Of a DNA stretch of 64,000 nucleotides, positions 19,845 to 29,911 are shown piece by piece; the stretch's first letter is position 1, and each line of letters begins with the position of its first letter. Source of the DNA: Polyangia bacterium (GTDB lineage: Bacteria; Myxococcota_A; Polyangia; JAAYKL01). Below the pieces are notes generated by a model. That model had not been told where the DNA came from, did not search any database, and saw only the letters and a list, made by a program, of their open reading frames with translations. Made by a program: the position numbers and the translations under genes. The DNA lies in assembly GCA_050287845.1 (NCBI GenBank), contig JBNKCR010000007.1, positions 30,930 to 94,929 of the forward strand, read 5' to 3'.

Positions 19845-21149
19845 TTGACATTCCAACGCTGCACCGGCAGTCTGTTTGGCCGGATGACCCATGGCACACC
19901 TGAGCATATTGCCCTGAAAAAACCGGAACTGCTTGCCCCGGCCGGTGAGTTCGCGGCGTTGCAGGCAGCGATTCAAAGCAGGTGTGACGCAGTGTATTTC
20001 GGCGTGGGCGAATTGAACATGCGCCAGGTCGCCAACAATTTTCATCTGACCGACATCACGGAAATTCATCGGCGCTGTGAGGACGCCGGTATCCGGGCCT
20101 ATCTCACACTGAATACCATTGTCTTTCCGGGGGAGCTGCACACGGTTCAACGAATTCTCGATGCGGCACACGGCAGGGTGGATGCGGTGATATGTCACGA
20201 TTGGTCTGTCATTGACGAATGCGGCCAACGTGGAATTCCCATTCACATTTCCACTCAGGCATCGGTTAGCAATCCGGCAGCGGCCAAACGATATGCCGGG
20301 TTCGGGGCGGCCCGGGTAGTACCCGCCCGGGAATGCACCCTTGAAGAATTGCGCCTTATCAGAGATGGTTCCGGCATTGAACTGGAAGTGTTTGTCCACG
20401 GGGCCATGTGCGTGAGCGTCTCGGGGCGCTGTTTCATCTCCGACCTGGTATGCGGGAAATCGGGAAACCGCGGCGAATGCACCCAGAACTGCCGAAGAGA
20501 ATATCAGATTCAGGATGTGGAAGACGGTCACGAATTCGTGCTCGGCAATCGCTATGTAATGTCTGCCAGAGACCTGTGCACGCTGCCGTTTATCGAACAA
20601 CTCTGTGATGCAGGTATCGATGCATTCAAAATAGAAGGTCGGGGCCGCAACCCGGAATACGTGCGGACCGTTGTGGCCGCTTATCGCAACGCCATTGATG
20701 CCTGGTCTGAAGGCAATCTTGATGATGCGCTGAAACAGAAGCTTGTCGAGGATGTGCGTAGAGTGTACAATCGCTCTTTTTCAGAGGGGTTTTATTTTGG
20801 CAGACCCGTTGGCGATTTCACTGATGCCAATGGCAGCCGTGCCACCCACAGAAAGGAATTCGTGGGGCGGGTTGTCAATTACTACCGACAGATTGAAGTG
20901 GTTGAAGTGGAAGTACTCGACCACCCATTCAGCACCGAAACGCCCCTGTTGATTATCGGTGAAACCACCGGAGTAGTGATGGTATTACCAACAGGCATCC
21001 GACAGGAGAACAACAATGTCAATACGGTTACCAGAGGCGTTGTCACTTTCCGGGTACCACAACGGGTGCGCATCGGAGACAAAGTGTATCGTCATTGTAA
21101 GGTTCGAACTCAATCCAATCTGACCCTGCCCAATCGGGTTCACCCTTGA
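19845..21149 (+). CDS. U32 family protein (Fe-S, probable RNA hydroxylation)
   Basis: PELLAPAG, EVFVHGAMC.SVSGRC, NRGECTQNCR, KIEGR; true start may be slightly downstream. Confidence 0.9.
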   Translation: MTFQRCTGSLFGRMTHGTPEHIALKKPELLAPAGEFAALQAAIQSRCDAVYFGVGELNMRQVANNFHLTDITEIHRRCEDAGIRAYLTLNTIVFPGELHTVQRILDAAHGRVDAVICHDWSVIDECGQRGIPIHISTQASVSNPAAAKRYAGFGAARVVPARECTLEELRLIRDGSGIELEVFVHGAMCVSVSGRCFISDLVCGKSGNRGECTQNCRREYQIQDVEDGHEFVLGNRYVMSARDLCTLPFIEQLCDAGIDAFKIEGRGRNPEYVRTVVAAYRNAIDAWSEGNLDDALKQKLVEDVRRVYNRSFSEGFYFGRPVGDFTDANGSRATHRKEFVGRVVNYYRQIEVVEVEVLDHPFSTETPLLIIGETTGVVMVLPTGIRQENNNVNTVTRGVVTFRVPQRVRIGDKVYRHCKVRTQSNLTLPNRVHP

Positions 21150-21740
21150 ACAATTCATCGTCGCCAGCCATTTTCGTCACAGATGTCACACTTTCCACAA
21201 AGTGACACTGTTATAACACTCCAATCGTACACAAAAAATTGGAGTCGGAGCTGACATATCATTCCTGGCGTCGGTGGTTCGCTTTTGTTTTCGTAATGTT
21301 CTTTTTTTTATTCGACGATGACTTTTTGATTGTATTTTGCCTTGCACAGTGACACGATACATCCATCGCATAATTTTTTGTTTTCCAATTCCTGATACAT
21401 CCGTCACTCGACCGGACCGTTCATTCTGGTTCAGTCCAACATGTATTCCGGCCGAGAACATTTGCAGCCAGGAATCAAAAAAAATAGACGGAACCGTTAT
21501 TTTTACAGGACAGAATTCCGGGAAAGGAGGTGCTATTCATACGAATTATTTATCCTGAAACCAGTTGTACGAATTAAATGAAAAGGGGGGATTTCACATG
21601 TTCTTTAAACCGACACATTTACAGCAATACAATATATTTCAGAATGCTATGCACACTGTTCCTCAATCATATATTTTCACCTTCGAGCGGCCCCCGAAAA
21701 AATTGCCCGGAAAGAATTAACCAATTACAGGAGCTTCAGA

Positions 21741-23717
21741 ATGAAATTTTTCAGATTGAAAAAATTGGGAATCACCATGGCATCATTGCTTGGTTTTTCC
21801 GCATTGTCCGGCAGCGTGCTTGCACAGGATATGGAATTTACGAAGTCACAGAGACTGAATGATAGATTCGCCATTGAACCCGTGAATGCCAACATCGAAT
21901 CAATTACCGGTCTCACGGAGTTGACCGACGCTGAATATGATCGAATCGACAGTCTTCCTGTCTGGGAAAAAAGTGCGGATGCGTACATCGGTCCTATGGA
22001 AACGCCGGAGCTTCCACCCCGTTCGGTGGACAATTCGACCCAACCCTATTTCCGCCCGATTTTCAATCAATCCGGCGGAAGCTGCGGCCAGGCGAGTGGA
22101 ATTGGCTATAACTTCACTTACGAAATGAACTACGTTCGAAATTCAGATGCCTCTATCACGGACAATCAGTATCCTTCTCATTACACATGGAACTTTCTGA
22201 ATGCCGGTTCCGGCGCAGGTTCCTGGTATTTTGATGGCTGGGACATTATCAAGGCCAATGGTTGCCCCAATGTGACGGAATGGGGTGGAATGGCCGTCAG
22301 CAGTACCAAATGGATGACCGGTTACGACGACTATTTTTCGGGCATGAATAACCGGGTAGTCGACTATCAGCGAATTAATTCGGTAAACACCACTGGTGGG
22401 CTGGATAATCTCAAGCAATGGATTTACGACCGGGGTGATGCCTCCGCTGTTGGCGGTCTCGCCAATTTTGCGGCGTATATCTCCAACAGTGACTATGTTA
22501 CTCTGGAAGCGGGAACCCCTGATGAAGGTAAAACCATGTTGGTGCAATGGGGAGACTCCGGGTATCACGCCATGACTATCGTGGGTTACAACGATGACGT
22601 TCGGTATGACTTCAATAATGACGGATACTATACCAATAATGTCGATATTAACGGCGACGGCGTGGTCAACATGTCCGACTGGGAAATCGGGGCGTTGATC
22701 TTTGCCAACAGTTGGGGAACATCATATGGTGACAATGGATTCGCGTACATGGCATACAAGGCCATTGCCGATCTCGACAAACGGGGGCAGCCTGCTCTCA
22801 CATGGAACGCCGTTCATATTTTGAACACCAAAGCGTCTCACGCGGTCACCGGTGCACTCAAGGTCAATATCACCCACCCCGATCGAAATGATTTGAATGT
22901 CATAGCAGTTGTGGAGCAAAATGGCAGCACCTATACCAAAGCCTATTACGGAGCCTTTGCCAACGCTGGCGGAGACTGGCCCATGCAAGGTTCCACTGGT
23001 CCGGACAATATCGAAGTTGGTCTGGACGTTTCTGATTTACTCGCTCAAATCGATTTGAACCAATGCGCACACATCAGTCTGAAAATCACCGAAACCGACA
23101 ACGATACAGCGTCAGACGGTATGGTCACTTCTCTTTCACTGATGGACTATACCAGCGGCGCGACTGAAATCGTTAGCCCCGACACCAACGTTTCCATCAC
23201 CGATAATGGCACCACCGTTGTCACCGTAGATCGCAATTGCGACGTTATTCCACCGACTGGAGACATTCGCATTGAATACATGACATACAAGCCAATGGTT
23301 CAGACCAATTCGCCATCTGTAAACATTCGAATCGAGAACGTCGGGGATACTACACTCAACCTCGCGGACATCGAAGCCGAATACCATTACACCACAGAAT
23401 CCACCGGTCAGGTTGAGGAAGGACAAATCTACTACGCCGCTCACATCCCCTCCTGGCAATACATCGGAAACTACGTGAATGCCGATGTTGAAATTGTCGG
23501 CGGCGAGGGTATCCTTGTCATCTCCTTCGATGCCGAAGCGGGAACTATCGCCCCCGGAGAAATTGTGGAAGTCAAGTCCGCCTTCCATATGATTGACTGG
23601 CAGAATTACAACCAGACCAACGACTATTCCTTTGGCATGGTTACATCTTACCAGGAATGGACCACCATTGGCGGATTCATCAATGGCGCTCTCGTCTGGG
23701 GAACGGTACCTTTCTAA
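21741..23717 (+). CDS. Secreted papain-like (C1) cysteine peptidase with C-terminal CBM3-like domain
   Basis: Signal peptide; NQSGGSCG, GYHAMTIVGY, ANSWG; C-terminal IENVG..LNLADI..YHYT..DWQNYNQTNDYSF..LVWGTVP. Confidence 0.85.
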   Translation: MKFFRLKKLGITMASLLGFSALSGSVLAQDMEFTKSQRLNDRFAIEPVNANIESITGLTELTDAEYDRIDSLPVWEKSADAYIGPMETPELPPRSVDNSTQPYFRPIFNQSGGSCGQASGIGYNFTYEMNYVRNSDASITDNQYPSHYTWNFLNAGSGAGSWYFDGWDIIKANGCPNVTEWGGMAVSSTKWMTGYDDYFSGMNNRVVDYQRINSVNTTGGLDNLKQWIYDRGDASAVGGLANFAAYISNSDYVTLEAGTPDEGKTMLVQWGDSGYHAMTIVGYNDDVRYDFNNDGYYTNNVDINGDGVVNMSDWEIGALIFANSWGTSYGDNGFAYMAYKAIADLDKRGQPALTWNAVHILNTKASHAVTGALKVNITHPDRNDLNVIAVVEQNGSTYTKAYYGAFANAGGDWPMQGSTGPDNIEVGLDVSDLLAQIDLNQCAHISLKITETDNDTASDGMVTSLSLMDYTSGATEIVSPDTNVSITDNGTTVVTVDRNCDVIPPTGDIRIEYMTYKPMVQTNSPSVNIRIENVGDTTLNLADIEAEYHYTTESTGQVEEGQIYYAAHIPSWQYIGNYVNADVEIVGGEGILVISFDAEAGTIAPGEIVEVKSAFHMIDWQNYNQTNDYSFGMVTSYQEWTTIGGFINGALVWGTVPF

Positions 23718-23966
23718 CCTATTGACCCGCACTCCAATCCCTTTTCTGAATTTTATCTCCTGCGCATTGCGTGATGATTTTCTGTAGTGGTCTCCACACA
23801 ACATTAAATGATGTTCTGCAAAAAAAACTTGGGAATATTCCTGACGTCGCATAAACTGAAGAAACAGGAAATCAATTCAGTTCAATATCAAATTTCAGAC
23901 TGCTTCCGGCAAATACGTCGGGCCTATGTTCGGATGCCTGTGACATTAATCAGACGGAGGTTATCC

Positions 23967-24989
23967 ATGAAAATCAAAGAGAATCAACTGTTTCCCTATG
24001 CCCTTCTGGGACTGGTCATGATGCTGACAGTGGGATGCACCGATTCCAACGACAACACTGCAAATAACGATTCCGAAAACAGCTCTTCTTCAGATACTGT
24101 CAACGACACGGAATCGACCAACACGGATGATACCGGGACGAACACGGAAAACGACACGGGCCCGGACTCGCAAACCGGCTCGGAAACATCGTCGGACACG
24201 GATTCTCCCACCGACAATGAATCGGAGTCGGACTCCCATTCGGAAACAGACACGGATACCGCCTCCGATTCAGCCACTGGTTCAGACTCTGATCCTTTCC
24301 CGGACACCGATACCATTACGGATTCAACGGAAGAAACAGACTCCGGTACCCACACCGATTCTGAAACCTCTTCAGACACAGCCGCTGACACAGGCACCGA
24401 TACTGGGTCGGATTCAGTGACCGATACAGAATCGGATACCGACAACCCGAATCCATGGGGATTCACTGTTTCAAACCCCAGCACCCATACTCTGCATTGT
24501 GACGATCCTGCAAATATATTCGATGGAGAAATTGAAGTATCCGATCGTCACTGGCTCTGTACTTTCAAAGAGGGAAGCACAGAGGGCGTCCTGTTTATTC
24601 AGGCCATTCCCGAAACCTGCGTTGTCATGATGAGCCCCCTGATAGAGTACAGCATCGGTGTGGCTGAAATTTCAATCGATGGCAACCTGTTTCAGCTCGA
24701 CGATGTGGCCTATGATTCCGGGGGAAACCATCTCAACGATTCTCTTGGATTTACCTACAGTAACCGCAAGTATCACTACGAGCATTCGTCCTATGGTGTG
24801 GGGTATCGCAGTTGCCAGAATATGGACTGCGCAAATGTCAGCAATCTGAACGACGATGTTGTGGAAAACGGTTGTACCTGCGATCGCACCCGTCCCATCG
24901 TGTGCGTAAAACAGGCAGCTGACGGCAGCTTCCCTCCCCTGGTCGACACCTTCAAAGTCTGCGAGACCGACCCGGATTGCGGCGATTGA
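23967..24989 (+). CDS. Hypothetical lipoprotein with long Asp/Thr/Ser linker and Cys-rich C-terminal domain
   Basis: GGAGG SD before ATG 23967; LTVGC lipobox; ~135-aa D/T/S tract; ten Cys in the C-terminal domain. Confidence 0.75.
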   Translation: MKIKENQLFPYALLGLVMMLTVGCTDSNDNTANNDSENSSSSDTVNDTESTNTDDTGTNTENDTGPDSQTGSETSSDTDSPTDNESESDSHSETDTDTASDSATGSDSDPFPDTDTITDSTEETDSGTHTDSETSSDTAADTGTDTGSDSVTDTESDTDNPNPWGFTVSNPSTHTLHCDDPANIFDGEIEVSDRHWLCTFKEGSTEGVLFIQAIPETCVVMMSPLIEYSIGVAEISIDGNLFQLDDVAYDSGGNHLNDSLGFTYSNRKYHYEHSSYGVGYRSCQNMDCANVSNLNDDVVENGCTCDRTRPIVCVKQAADGSFPPLVDTFKVCETDPDCGD

Positions 24990-24999
24990 CGACTCTCAT

Positions 25000-26226
25000 T
25001 CACTTCAATGCAACGCTTCGATAGGTTTCTCTGAATTCATCAAATGCTGCCCTCGTTCTGGGACGACCGCTTTGAACGGCATCCCCAACCACCGATGAGG
25101 TGCCAGCTATAAAATCATGCAGATTGTCGTTCAGGATATTTTTCAGACGTCGATTGTCCTCGCGGCCCGGCGTGAACACCAGCTCGTTCAGTTCAAGAAA
25201 AGACGCGAAGTCCATGCATTTTTCCTCATATGCAATGCAAATGGCGGCCACACCCGTCATCAGCGCAGCACCGAACGCGTGGAGGCGATAGGTGATACAC
25301 AGATCCGCGTCGCGCAAAGCATCTATCCTTCCGGCCGACAAATCCACTATGTCAATCGAACGATGAAAGTAGTTGGATAGCTGGGTTGAAACCCAGGGGG
25401 CGTAAACGTTCCACGTGGTGTAGAACCGAACATCAATGTGCCCCTTCTTTTCCAGCAAGGCCAGTTCTTGCAATACCATATGACGCAACCGCAGACTGTC
25501 TGCGTCTTCCAGCACACCGAAGGAAAGATCCAGCCAGATACTCAGTTTCTTCCGGGGGGACTTTTCCGATATGGGATTGTAATGGTCGAGCAGACACGGG
25601 TCTCCCACCATCCGCAGCTTCGGGAGGTCAAGGGCGTCAAGTTGTTTGAGGGACAACGGCCCACGAACCCCGAGAAACGCAAATTCCGCCAGCAGCTTCT
25701 GCCATTGTGCCAGATGGTCTCCCCAACGCGCCACATTGCCAACTCCGGTGCCAAAGCAGACGCATGGCAGTCCGGCACTCACCGCCGTTCGAACCTCTGA
25801 ATACAGCGCCGGCTTCTGATTGATAAGGGTCCCGCCCCCCAGCACGCATAAATCAAAATTGCCTTCCGGTGCGGCGCGGCACCACAGGCTTGCCATGTCC
25901 AACGAATCCACAAAATTCACATCCGGCATCTCTTTTCCGAGCACCTGAAACATCCATCGGTCACCAAAATTGGCATCCTTTCCGAACCCCACATACATGG
26001 CCCGGATGCATTCATCCGTTTTCTGCGATGGGTTCACGCCAATGCCGGGGCGCGTATCGAGCATGGGCATCGCCCCGAAACGGGTCAGCAGCTCCCGATA
26101 TCTGGTAAGGGCGGAATTCAGACGATGATCAAAAACGTAGAATCCCGGCGTGAATATCGATGACACCAAATGCCCCTGTTCAACATCCACTACGATTATT
26201 CTGTCATCCATTTTTACAGACTCCAT
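25000..26226 (-). CDS. Polysaccharide pyruvyl transferase family protein
   Basis: NFGD, GGGTLI, GTGVG, GVRGPLS, GDP, RLH..A, YEEK motifs. Confidence 0.85.
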   Translation of the reverse strand: MESVKMDDRIIVVDVEQGHLVSSIFTPGFYVFDHRLNSALTRYRELLTRFGAMPMLDTRPGIGVNPSQKTDECIRAMYVGFGKDANFGDRWMFQVLGKEMPDVNFVDSLDMASLWCRAAPEGNFDLCVLGGGTLINQKPALYSEVRTAVSAGLPCVCFGTGVGNVARWGDHLAQWQKLLAEFAFLGVRGPLSLKQLDALDLPKLRMVGDPCLLDHYNPISEKSPRKKLSIWLDLSFGVLEDADSLRLRHMVLQELALLEKKGHIDVRFYTTWNVYAPWVSTQLSNYFHRSIDIVDLSAGRIDALRDADLCITYRLHAFGAALMTGVAAICIAYEEKCMDFASFLELNELVFTPGREDNRRLKNILNDNLHDFIAGTSSVVGDAVQSGRPRTRAAFDEFRETYRSVALK

Positions 26227-26311
26227 ACGGTAGGTGTGAAATGATGTGTAGTATACCCCGGGAAAGTCCGGGAGCCCGCTCGCTTCGCCTTTTTTGCAGA
26301 TGCGCAGTTTT

Positions 26312-28246
26312 CTACCTGGGATTCCAGGTCACATGGAGCATCACATCGGGCGCATATCGGTTCGGGCGATGGGCAGCACGGAGCGACGCCACCAGACAAC
26401 GGCAGCTGGTGGCAAACTCCAATTCATATATCAATGCAGAAAGAGCGATCCCCGGATACAGGCTGAACTGCGCATCGACTCGCAGCTGAATGCGCTCTGA
26501 AAACGCGAAGTGCAGCTGCGGCATAAGAACGCTATACGCGCGTTCCACATAGTCACTTTTCAGAAGCCAAAGGTTGATGGGAGCCGCGCCAATAGCCACT
26601 TCGGGCCTGGCGCCCCGCGCACCGTAAAAGCACGCGGCGGCAAAGCCCAGCGCATCCTCCCGTCCCACATCCACTGTCAGTTTCGCGGTGTTCAGCTTTC
26701 TGGTCCGCACATTACTGGAAGCGCCCATTAAGACTGACACCCACTTTTTCTCCACAGCGCCGAAAAGAGAAATGTACCAGCTGCTTTCTTCATTCTCGCT
26801 GCCATCGTCAACCCGTCTCCATTGCAGCAATGGCAGCAGGGTAAAATCCGGACTTCCGAGATGCACGCCGAATCTGTTTTCGAGGGACAGGTCCATCTGA
26901 AATCCGGTGGTTCGGGCATCAACTGCGTCGAGAATCACCGATGGCCGCACTCCGTATTGAAACGGCGCCATTCGAAACGCAATCCCCGGTGTCATCACGT
27001 GCACTGTACGGCGCCCACTTTTCATCAGGGGCAAACTGGCTGTCACCAACATCGACGGCAACAGTCGGGAGCTTCCCCTTCCGGTTTCATCGACCTGACG
27101 ACGCTCCGCCAGTGCGCCCAGTTCAACAGTTACCAATGTGTACAGAATGGTCAGGGGAACTTTCAGTGCAGGGGCAAGCGACAGTCGCGTCTGGTCGGTG
27201 ATCGCATCCTCCCAATCAAACACAAATCTATCCAGCGTTGCGGAAAAAGATGGTTCCACATATACCCTGCTCAAATTTGTCGGATACAAATCAGCACCCA
27301 GATGCAGCTGACCCACATGCATCATCCGGCCATCGTCCACAAACGGCTGCGAATATCTCAGCTGATTCTCAAACGCCCCGATATCATTTGTCACGCCCAA
27401 CCGAAACCGGCTATTCGTTCCATTCACCGCCCGTTGGCGGGGGTCAAACAGCAACAGATCGATCATTTTTCTGTCCGACACCATGTGGCTATCCACTGCA
27501 ACTACCGCTCCGCCGGGATACGCGGTTCCTCTGGATTGAACCGCCACCATATTCCGGGAATGATATCGCAGCTGACTCAATTCTCCCCAGCCGCGACGTC
27601 CGGCCACTGTAAGCGAACTGTCCATCCCCGTGGGCAACCGCGCCGCAGCGCGGGCGGTCAGGCGGCGTTCCCCGGCAAGAGGCATATACACCCCGGATCC
27701 GACTCTCAGCCCGGATACGGTGGACCACCCCACATCGGGGGCCAACAACCCGGAACGACGATTGGAAACCAGTTTTAACCCCGGCAGGCCAAACACGTTT
27801 GTATCGCCGATCCGAATTCTGGGTGACGACAGCACCATTTCATCACTTTGCACCCGCATCGTTTCGGCCACCACCGAGATACCGGACAGGTCATGGGGAC
27901 ATGGAATGAGTGCGATCTGACGAAGGTGACAACGGACACCGTTGCAATTGGCGGCTTCACCTGACAGTCGAAGCATTCCATCCGGCCAGGTTACCGATAC
28001 TCTGAAATGGTTCAGAGTCAACCGGTATGGCGCCGCGTGAAATCTCGCATTCTGCGCTGTAAAATGAAGTTCCCCAGGGATATTTTTCCCCGCACCATCC
28101 ATGGGAACTGCGTAATCTGCAGGTAGAAATGAATATCCCGGATGGTCCGCTGCCAGAGCCCCTTTTGCAATCAGCATGCCTGTAAGACTCAGGACAATAA
28201 CCATTTTCTTGAAATGAATCCGTCGCACGCCGAGGTCATACCACAA
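26312..28246 (-). CDS. LptD-like outer-membrane protein (divergent)
   Basis: Signal peptide, PC motif then RRSGLLAPDVGWS..G (LptD-like), amphipathic beta strands, SCRC near C-terminus. Confidence 0.55.
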   Translation of the reverse strand: MWYDLGVRRIHFKKMVIVLSLTGMLIAKGALAADHPGYSFLPADYAVPMDGAGKNIPGELHFTAQNARFHAAPYRLTLNHFRVSVTWPDGMLRLSGEAANCNGVRCHLRQIALIPCPHDLSGISVVAETMRVQSDEMVLSSPRIRIGDTNVFGLPGLKLVSNRRSGLLAPDVGWSTVSGLRVGSGVYMPLAGERRLTARAAARLPTGMDSSLTVAGRRGWGELSQLRYHSRNMVAVQSRGTAYPGGAVVAVDSHMVSDRKMIDLLLFDPRQRAVNGTNSRFRLGVTNDIGAFENQLRYSQPFVDDGRMMHVGQLHLGADLYPTNLSRVYVEPSFSATLDRFVFDWEDAITDQTRLSLAPALKVPLTILYTLVTVELGALAERRQVDETGRGSSRLLPSMLVTASLPLMKSGRRTVHVMTPGIAFRMAPFQYGVRPSVILDAVDARTTGFQMDLSLENRFGVHLGSPDFTLLPLLQWRRVDDGSENEESSWYISLFGAVEKKWVSVLMGASSNVRTRKLNTAKLTVDVGREDALGFAAACFYGARGARPEVAIGAAPINLWLLKSDYVERAYSVLMPQLHFAFSERIQLRVDAQFSLYPGIALSALIYELEFATSCRCLVASLRAAHRPNRYAPDVMLHVTWNPR

Positions 28247-28450
28247 TGACCTTCAATGGGATACGCGGAATGTGACAGTCAAATGGCCGAATCGGTCCAG
28301 ATATAATGAAAAATTCGCAACAACAAATTCATCCCTGGCCCTCCGGAAATATGTTACATACACTGATGATTAAAGCTTACGGCATAGTCAACGAAGGACC
28401 GAAACGCCACACGAAGACGACCACGCTCAGGGAAACCGGAGAAAAGGCAA

Positions 28451-29851
28451 ATGATGCGACTACATGCAACAATAATTTCAATATTGATAGGAGGTCTGAT
28501 GATTTCTGTCAGCTCCTGTTCGACGAACGACAATTCAAGCACTTCGGCACCGGATTCTGATGTCGATTCCGATTCAGATTCCGATGCCGATTCAGACTCA
28601 GATACAGACAGTGACTCGGATACAGACAGTGACTCAGATACAGACAGTGACTCGGATACAGACAGCGACTCGGATACAGATGCCGATTCCGATTCAGACA
28701 CGGACACGGACTCAGATACAGACACGGACGGTGACACGGATACGGATACGGACAGCGACACGGACACCGAAGCGTTCAACTATCATCTGGATGCGCCGAA
28801 TCCCTGCTATAATACATTTTATGCGGAAGGATGCTCGTGGGATGACCCGAATTCCACCTGTGGGGGGCAATGTGCGGTGGCCAACTCCTGTTCTCCACCG
28901 GAGGATGCAAGCAAAGCTGATTTGCCTAAAACCTTCATCTGTCCGCGTTTCATGTTGTTCAGCGCTGAGATGATGCAAGCCGCCAAAGATGATGCAACCA
29001 CATACAACTGGAGCAGCGAACCGGAACCGCCATTTTACTACGGCATTGTTGGTCACGATGCGGACATCAATGGGCTGGATGAAAATACCAGCAGTTGTTG
29101 CCAGTGTTATCAACTGGTCTTCGAAACGCCGGAACCCAGCTCACCACAGCCGCCAGAACTTCCCTATCCAAAGCCACTGGTGGTCCAGAGTTTCAATACC
29201 GCCGCCGGCGGCGGACAAAAATTCGACCTGTTCATGGGGGCTGGGGGATACGGTGCATTCAACGCATGCTACAAAGACCCGGAGTTTGTCAACACCTCTA
29301 CTTTCGGCGAATTCATGTATGATGAATTTCCGTATCAGAACCCCGGCTCCGGCGGTATTTCATTCCTGCGATATCAGGATGAATGCCTTGGTTCTTCATG
29401 GCCGCCAACCGCCGATGCTTTAGCGTCTGATGCCTGCAGGGAACGGATTGAAGAATTGTGCAATCAGGCCTATTCAAGCGCTTCTGACGCCATGACAGAA
29501 ACAACCCGAAATTCGTGCATCAGAAGCAATAGGCTGGAATCCCTTTATCATCAGAACTGGAAAGTGCGGGCGAAACGGGTTCGATGTCCGGAGAATCTCA
29601 CCCGGGTAACTGGCTGCAGATTGATTGAAGACGATTTACCCTTACCGGATCCAACGATTCAAACGCCGGCCGACGCAGAAGCGGACGGTACATATACCGC
29701 CAAAGACCAGTATGGTACCACCACCATGCAGGATTGTTGCAAACCCACCTGTGCATGGATCGATTGGGTGGGCGGGTACGATCTGCCAGTGGACGGCGAA
29801 TGGAATTCCTTTTACTCCTGCGATAAAGACGGTGTGCCCATCACCCAGTAA
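28451..29851 (+). CDS. GH45-like endoglucanase lipoprotein, circularly permuted, with DS/DT linker
   Basis: VSSC lipobox; [33 protein letters not shown]...TGC, then [14 protein letters not shown] at the C-terminus. Confidence 0.82.
   Translation: MMRLHATIISILIGGLMISVSSCSTNDNSSTSAPDSDVDSDSDSDADSDSDTDSDSDTDSDSDTDSDSDTDSDSDTDADSDSDTDTDSDTDTDGDTDTDTDSDTDTEAFNYHLDAPNPCYNTFYAEGCSWDDPNSTCGGQCAVANSCSPPEDASKADLPKTFICPRFMLFSAEMMQAAKDDATTYNWSSEPEPPFYYGIVGHDADINGLDENTSSCCQCYQLVFETPEPSSPQPPELPYPKPLVVQSFNTAAGGGQKFDLFMGAGGYGAFNACYKDPEFVNTSTFGEFMYDEFPYQNPGSGGISFLRYQDECLGSSWPPTADALASDACRERIEELCNQAYSSASDAMTETTRNSCIRSNRLESLYHQNWKVRAKRVRCPENLTRVTGCRLIEDDLPLPDPTIQTPADAEADGTYTAKDQYGTTTMQDCCKPTCAWIDWVGGYDLPVDGEWNSFYSCDKDGVPITQ
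28552..28769 (+). repeat. Coding tandem repeat (18-bp unit GACTCRGATACAGACAGY) encoding DSDTDS
   Basis: Units start at 28595, 28613, 28631, 28649 with a partial unit at 28667, inside a wider D-x repeat. Confidence 0.88.
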
Positions 29852-29911
29852 CAGACCATCGCACATCCCTTCCCGTGCATGTAAACGCCACACACATATT
29901 CACCTGAAAAA

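Noticed and set aside
22600..22685. Dockerin domain (cellulosome) in the C1 peptidase
   Set aside because: The two DxNxDG loops are only about 12 residues apart, lie inside the catalytic domain and lack dockerin helices; no cohesin seen.
28552..28769. Tandem repeats here and at 17428-17592 as CRISPR or phase-variation tracts
   Set aside because: No unique spacers; 6- and 18-bp units keep the reading frame and encode linkers.
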